Part shown: in pieces, positions 58,779 to 64,000 of the stretch
Layout: every line of letters begins with the position of its first letter
Position numbering within the stretch: position 1 is the first letter of the stretch
From: Methanobacteriota archaeon
GTDB taxonomy: Archaea; Thermoplasmatota; Thermoplasmata; SG8-5; JAGLSY01
DNA: 64,000 nucleotides
Assembly: GCA_020697715.1 (NCBI GenBank)
Contig: JAEHCO010000002.1
Location: 96,001 to 160,000 of the forward strand
Direction: 5' to 3'
The notes under the pieces: model-generated
The model's database searches: none
Told to the model about the DNA's origin: nothing
The model's input: the letters and a program-made list of their open reading frames with translations, nothing else
Translations under genes and position numbers: made by a program

Positions 58779-58924
58779 TTTTTTAGCAGTGGGGATCTCA
58801 ATTGTTTAGAATCCTTTTAGGCTTTCTTTCAATCTGGATAGCTCGTCCTGTCGCTTTCTCCAGGCATCTTCCTTGTCAGTGAGGGAGCTATGCACATGGA
58901 GCTGGTAAGCTCAGTCAAGGCGGA

Positions 58925-59908
58925 TCACTGGTCTATGACGAAGAAGGGTATCAGGTATCTACACCCGATCACTGGCCGGTCAATATTGCAGTCAAGTGTC
59001 CCTTTTTTATACTTCACTATGACATCGCCTTCCAATTCATCTTTTCTTAAGCCAGTATCTATCTCCTGAACGAATATCCCTCTCTTGAACAGCTTGCCCT
59101 CATAGCTCTTCACACTCTTTATCTGGCATCCTTGGGGGGCCACGATCTTGATCGAGGCTTTCAGTGTTATCTCTCTTATAGTGATGCCTGTATATTCGTA
59201 TTTGAAAAGATTTGAGTAACTGCCAGGTATCTTAGTTACTAGCTTTAGATCCACGACATTGCCGGGCTTAAGGGTTTCTTCCAATGGTATAAGATATGAA
59301 ACAGAGGAATGGAACTTGGATCTGGTGAAGGATATTGAAGGGTTCACTTTTCCTGGCTGTGATTCTTTATGATACCTCAAAGCCTCCAATGGATAAGATA
59401 CTGGCTCATTGTTCACTTCTACCGATTGAAGCTCATCGAACTTGTTGCTAAGATCGGCGGTCGAATACTTGAAACCAGGTATATGGATCTCTGAGATCTC
59501 ATTGGTAGATATGTTCTTGACAGAATATGCGAATGTCAGTAATGCATCCCCATTCTCTTGGAGATGGACGATCCTTTCCATGTTCTCATACATCATCTCT
59601 CTGTATCCGAAATAGGGAATGCTGTCTCTCCTTGCTTGGTCAAGGTTTCCTATGGACTCGGTAAGGTCCTCCTTTAGAAAGTACACCATACGCTTGCTTG
59701 GCTTCCCCTTTACATATGCCCTTTTTGATATTATCACCCCATCCTTCTCCATTTGGGAAAGCTTTCTCTGGATCGTGACCTTGTGGACCCCGAATTCCTC
59801 TGCCATGTATTCTGAGGTTATATTCTCTGGAAATATGTAATCGTCATAATTCTTCATCCCTTTTTTTCTCAGATGATCCATCAGTCCTTCGGGCGTGATC
59901 TTGGTCAT
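58925..59908 (-). CDS. HTH transcriptional regulator with a large beta-rich C-terminal domain
   Basis: ITSEYMAEEFGVHKVTIQRKLSQMEKDGVI wHTH. Confidence 0.75.
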   Translation of the reverse strand: MTKITPEGLMDHLRKKGMKNYDDYIFPENITSEYMAEEFGVHKVTIQRKLSQMEKDGVIISKRAYVKGKPSKRMVYFLKEDLTESIGNLDQARRDSIPYFGYREMMYENMERIVHLQENGDALLTFAYSVKNISTNEISEIHIPGFKYSTADLSNKFDELQSVEVNNEPVSYPLEALRYHKESQPGKVNPSISFTRSKFHSSVSYLIPLEETLKPGNVVDLKLVTKIPGSYSNLFKYEYTGITIREITLKASIKIVAPQGCQIKSVKSYEGKLFKRGIFVQEIDTGLRKDELEGDVIVKYKKGTLDCNIDRPVIGCRYLIPFFVIDQ

Positions 59909-59941
59909 GAATTGGTCAGGGTATGTGATGTATATAAATAT

Positions 59942-59981
59942 TTGCATTTTTTATGTATTTTAATTGCATTTTTTATGCATT
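59942..59981. promoter_or_regulatory. Two 18-bp direct repeats, each a TGCAT-N5-ATG(C/T)A semi-palindrome, in a divergent promoter
   Basis: ttgcattttttatgtatt (59942) and ttgcattttttatgcatt (59964), 22-bp spacing. Confidence 0.6.
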
Positions 59982-60029
59982 AATCCGACAGACATATATA
60001 TCATAGTTATAACATAGCTTCATGACAGT

Positions 60030-61013
60030 ATGAGAATTGTAAAAGCCTTGGTGCCTGCAATTATGGTATTTGCATTCATATTCACGTGTTGCTGGGCAGC
60101 TTCAGGAGCTCCGGCTGCCGGTAGTACGGATAATGATCTGCTTCCAGAGTACATGCAGGACTGGGAATTGATGGAACCTGTCTTTGATCCCTTGAGCGAG
60201 GAGCTGGGCAATTATGTGATCCATTGGGATTGGAAGCAGGATGAGGCAGAGGGTGTCGTATATTACCTTGAAGAGGCCAGTACTTCGGATTTCCTGAATG
60301 CCAATGTGACCACCCACTTAGAGACCAAGGTACTGATGACCGGGAAGCCCAATGGCACCTATTGGTATCGAGTAAGGGCAGTGAAAGGAAACCTGACATC
60401 GGTCTGGAGCACACCCGACATGGTGAAGATATCCATCGAGCCCATTAACCCTCCAGACTCGGGAATAATAATACATGATTATCATAAGGATACCTATGAA
60501 CGACTTTTTGAATGGGACAGTTATTATCAAAAAGAGAAGTTGGAATTCTTCCTCAATGTCCCGATGCTTGTCCAGGTGGGGGATGCAGATGATGCACCAA
60601 GATACTGGATGACATTAAGGGAATGTCATACATCTGCATTTTACAATGTCTCAGTTATCGAGATACAAGACCCACACCAGTTCATTACCATCACCAGCGA
60701 CATAAGCACTATCGACATAGATCAGGACGGGGTGGACGACCTTGAGGTCCAGTTCAATAAGCAGCATGCCAATGGGCAGGTTTACATCAAATTCCTGATC
60801 ATCGACCACTCTGGCCCAGTCATCCCATACCATTATCTGGGAGTGGTGCTGGCTGGCTTATTGATCGTCGTATATTATGTTTACAGAAGAAAGAGATCAT
60901 CAAGACCCCCAGGAGACTCGACCGAGGCTGATATTGTTGAAGCTGAGCCACCTGAAGGGGAAACTGAAATTCAAGATATTAAAGAAGAAGGAGTTGAAGA
61001 AAATGAGAGATAA
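60030..61013 (+). CDS. Secreted membrane-anchored protein with a fibronectin type III-like domain
   Basis: Signal peptide, YYLEEA...GTYWYRVRAV...SVWS, TM helix + YRRKR, acidic tail. Confidence 0.8.
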   Translation: MRIVKALVPAIMVFAFIFTCCWAASGAPAAGSTDNDLLPEYMQDWELMEPVFDPLSEELGNYVIHWDWKQDEAEGVVYYLEEASTSDFLNANVTTHLETKVLMTGKPNGTYWYRVRAVKGNLTSVWSTPDMVKISIEPINPPDSGIIIHDYHKDTYERLFEWDSYYQKEKLEFFLNVPMLVQVGDADDAPRYWMTLRECHTSAFYNVSVIEIQDPHQFITITSDISTIDIDQDGVDDLEVQFNKQHANGQVYIKFLIIDHSGPVIPYHYLGVVLAGLLIVVYYVYRRKRSSRPPGDSTEADIVEAEPPEGETEIQDIKEEGVEENER

Positions 61014-64000
61014 GCAAGCAAATGGACTTAAATCTAAGAATAATACAGCAGACATGCTGGTTTTGATCATAGTATTAGCCTTGATCCTGCCCACTGTGGC
61101 ATCGATGATACAGCTGCCTGAGGCCACTGCCTCCGCACCTGCTAGGATAAGGCTGTCCTTCACCAATGCTGACACCCAGACAAGGATGACCGTGACTTGG
61201 GAGACTGATTCAACAGGCAATCCCGCAACTGTCGAGTACGGAACGACAGTTGCGCTTGGCAGTTCGGTCTCTGGTGCCAGCAGAACCCTATGGAGGGGCG
61301 ATGCAGCCCACACAACGGAGATCACTGGCCTTAACCCTGGAACAGAATACTTCTATAGAGTGAGTGGTGATTCTGGAGAATGGTCGTCCATTTATTCCTT
61401 CAACACCGCGCCATCAGGTCCGGCTGACACTTCCTTCTTTGCTGGTGGGGACAGCAGGGACAATGCGGCCGGATGGGCCACCTGCGCCAATAGCATGGCC
61501 AGTCAACCGGAGGTTGACCTGACATTATTCAATGGTGATTATGAGTATGAGTACAGTGACCCAGCGACCATGAGGACCTGGTTCACGAATGCTGAGGCCA
61601 CAACCAGGATCCAGCCTTTCCTCACGCAGATGGGCAATCATGAGGAAGATTATGCGGCTGGAGATTATCTTAACTATCTGGATGACTTCGATCTCATTGG
61701 GGTGAACGGTGATGAGACGGATGAGCACTTCTACTCATTTGATTGGGGCCTGGTCCATTTCATCAGTCTTAATACTGAAGCTGACGAGAGGAACTACATA
61801 CCAGCGACCGTTCAGGCAGCCCAAAACGCATGGCTGGCGGCCGATCTAGCGGCAGCCGATGCCAACAGGGACAATGTACCTTGGATAGTTGTGCAGGCGC
61901 ACCAGCCAATGTACGCGGCAGGCGGCAGTCACGGCCCACCGAGCGGTGGAAATTGTGTAGCGACCTGGCTTCCGCTCTTTGATACTTATAATGTGAATGT
62001 GTACATCAATGGCCACAACCACATGTACCAGAGGAGCTATCCCATCGAGGCAGGTGCAGCGACAACGACTGCTGTCAATTATTATCCGCCATCGACAACT
62101 GGGACGATCTACGCAACAATTGGTAAGATGGGTACCAGCTCAACATACACGCCCAGTGGCAGTGCGCTCTTCGCACCCACGGAGAATAACCAGATAAGCT
62201 ATGGGAGATTCGATGTGCTGGTCTCCAATGGGAGCATGCACTACACATTACTGGACCCATACGCTGGTGAGGCCATACTGGATGAGTTCTGGTGGGAGAT
62301 CGATTATATAAATTCTGCTGGAACGATCGACATCGAGAAGGACCTTTACGCTGGCGAAGATACTGTCCAGATAACCGTAAAGGATTCGGACCTGAATACT
62401 AATTCAGGGGTTGCAGAGACAGTTGATGTGACCCTTTCAAGTACAACTGAACCAGGTGGCGAGACCGTGACCTTGACCGAGCAAGGGCTCGATATCGGCA
62501 TATTCATGGGCACTGGAACGATCTCATTGACCGACGGTGCTGGTATTGTGCATGTGTCGGACGGTGATACGATAACCGCGACCTACAATGATGCGGATGA
62601 TGGAAGCGGCAGCCCAGCGGTGGTCGATGACACTGCTTTGGTGGATGGGGCTTCCCCAGCTCCTCCAACCACATTATCTGTTGAATGGTATGGCCAGAAC
62701 AGCGGGGCCAGCATATACAATTATCAGGGTGTGACAGCTGCTGCGGGCCCACATGATATTTATGAATGCAGCGCGACTTCTATTTCAAGCCCGGCTGGTC
62801 CAGTTATAAATATACAAACAGAAGCTAGTGATGCTGAATATGTGTTAGTGGATACAAGTGATGACAATCGCTGGGCCTCACCAGATTATGGGGGATCGGA
62901 GCATGTCTTCATGTTGTGCGATATGCAGATCACTGAAGCAGCATCTACTGTTGACCAGCTTGAATTCTCTTATGAAGTATTTGCAACCCGGGCATCAGAT
63001 TTCTATATCTGGGCCCAGGACAATTCTGCTAACTGGTATCAGGTCGGAGGCCCCATATCATTAGGTAACAATGGAGAGGCTACAATAACCAGAACTATTG
63101 GTTTATCGGGAGATGACCTGTTGATGGATCCATCTGGCTTTGTCAATGCAGGTATTGTCAGCTGGGGATTATGGCAGACCGATGTGTCTGATGATCTTGC
63201 GACAGATTATGCTGAACTTACTGTTGCTTATTCATACACATCGACTGATGATAATACACTCAACTGGACGCGCTCTGCTGATGATGGTGCAGGAGCTGAT
63301 GATGTCCTGCGATACAATATTTACAGGGCGGATAATGCAGGAGGGCCCTGGGACACTATCTTGGACTCCGTACCTGCTGGCACCGAGACATATTGTGATG
63401 TAGGAATGGGAGAGTTCGATGGTACGAACTGGTGGTATGTTGTGCGAGCCGAGGACATTGCTGGGAATGAAGATACGAACAGCAATGCTGTCCCCGAGCA
63501 GTTCTTAGGAAATGTAGCGCCCTTTGCACCCCTGACCCCTACACCTTCGGACGGGGCTACGATAAATGATCCAGATCCTGCTTTGTCAGTGAGCGTGACA
63601 GACCCCAATGGCGACCCTATGGATGTTCATTTCTATGATGCATCTGGGCCTACACTTATTGGCACAGACCCTGGTGTGATCAGTGGAGGTATAGCCACAA
63701 TTAGCTGGCTGGGCCTTTCAGATGGCACATACACATGGTACGCGGTGGCTGATGATGGAGAGTTCACCACTCAATCAGCAACTTGGACATTCACGGTCGA
63801 TACCTCGGTCGAGCCTCCCACTGGCTTAACAGTTGAATGGTCCATTCCATTTGCGAGCACGATCTTCAGTGATGATGTGGAAGGCGGAGACCTTGGCTAC
63901 CTGACATCAGGCGGCGGCGCTCCTATTACTGTGACATATCGTGTTACGGATGATGCCGAGGAATGTATAGACCCAGCTCCAACCGCACAGTATACTGGCT
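61003..64000 (+). CDS. Large secreted purple acid phosphatase-like metallophosphoesterase with C-terminal Ig/FN3 domains (partial, runs off the window; absent from the ORF track)
   Basis: Manual translation from ATG 61003 is open to the end of the window: signal peptide, MTVTW...L.PGTEYFYRV, GGDSR, NGDYEY, GNHE, YSFDWG.VHFISLNTE, VQAHQPMY, GHNHMYQRSYP. Confidence 0.88.
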   Translation, partial: MRDKQANGLKSKNNTADMLVLIIVLALILPTVASMIQLPEATASAPARIRLSFTNADTQTRMTVTWETDSTGNPATVEYGTTVALGSSVSGASRTLWRGDAAHTTEITGLNPGTEYFYRVSGDSGEWSSIYSFNTAPSGPADTSFFAGGDSRDNAAGWATCANSMASQPEVDLTLFNGDYEYEYSDPATMRTWFTNAEATTRIQPFLTQMGNHEEDYAAGDYLNYLDDFDLIGVNGDETDEHFYSFDWGLVHFISLNTEADERNYIPATVQAAQNAWLAADLAAADANRDNVPWIVVQAHQPMYAAGGSHGPPSGGNCVATWLPLFDTYNVNVYINGHNHMYQRSYPIEAGAATTTAVNYYPPSTTGTIYATIGKMGTSSTYTPSGSALFAPTENNQISYGRFDVLVSNGSMHYTLLDPYAGEAILDEFWWEIDYINSAGTIDIEKDLYAGEDTVQITVKDSDLNTNSGVAETVDVTLSSTTEPGGETVTLTEQGLDIGIFMGTGTISLTDGAGIVHVSDGDTITATYNDADDGSGSPAVVDDTALVDGASPAPPTTLSVEWYGQNSGASIYNYQGVTAAAGPHDIYECSATSISSPAGPVINIQTEASDAEYVLVDTSDDNRWASPDYGGSEHVFMLCDMQITEAASTVDQLEFSYEVFATRASDFYIWAQDNSANWYQVGGPISLGNNGEATITRTIGLSGDDLLMDPSGFVNAGIVSWGLWQTDVSDDLATDYAELTVAYSYTSTDDNTLNWTRSADDGAGADDVLRYNIYRADNAGGPWDTILDSVPAGTETYCDVGMGEFDGTNWWYVVRAEDIAGNEDTNSNAVPEQFLGNVAPFAPLTPTPSDGATINDPDPALSVSVTDPNGDPMDVHFYDASGPTLIGTDPGVISGGIATISWLGLSDGTYTWYAVADDGEFTTQSATWTFTVDTSVEPPTGLTVEWSIPFASTIFSDDVEGGDLGYLTSGGGAPITVTYRVTDDAEECIDPAPTAQYTG

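Noticed and set aside
1-64000. tRNA/rRNA genes, prophage, defence systems, intact transposases
   Set aside because: No T-loop GTTCRA cloverleafs, rRNA-like tracts, or integrase, capsid or transposase ORFs were recognised by eye. tRNAscan-SE and HMM scans would be decisive.

Overview
Archaeal chromosomal segment, most likely from a Thermoplasmata lineage. This is an inference from the giant AglB, archaeal-type LeuRS and TIM, Hef, the RPA plus RPA-associated protein pair, GGTGA ribosome-binding sites and BRE/TATA promoters. It holds about 48 genes. Housekeeping and metabolic genes include aglB, leuS, hef, a Ski2/HelY-like helicase, ogt, rpa, fbp-fba-tpiA, fabG and an M32 carboxypeptidase. There are also K+/ion transporters and several large acidic surface proteins. 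No tRNA, rRNA, CRISPR array or intact transposase was recognised. The most notable items are: (1) a citF-ccl-citF cluster pairing two citrate-lyase-alpha CoA-transferases with a citrate-synthase-fold citryl-CoA lyase, with no citD/citE/citC/citG/citX in the window; (2) two related, mutually complementary hairpin sRNA candidates with their own promoters upstream of an output-less HAMP receptor; (3) two short hairpin-rich elements with IS200/IS605-like ends; (4) an M29 aminopeptidase homologue lacking most metal ligands; (5) a Moco oxidoreductase fused to a cytochrome-b-like domain without a Tat signal; (6) an antiporter that needs a non-canonical start codon. All calls come from motif reading by eye, and no database search was run.
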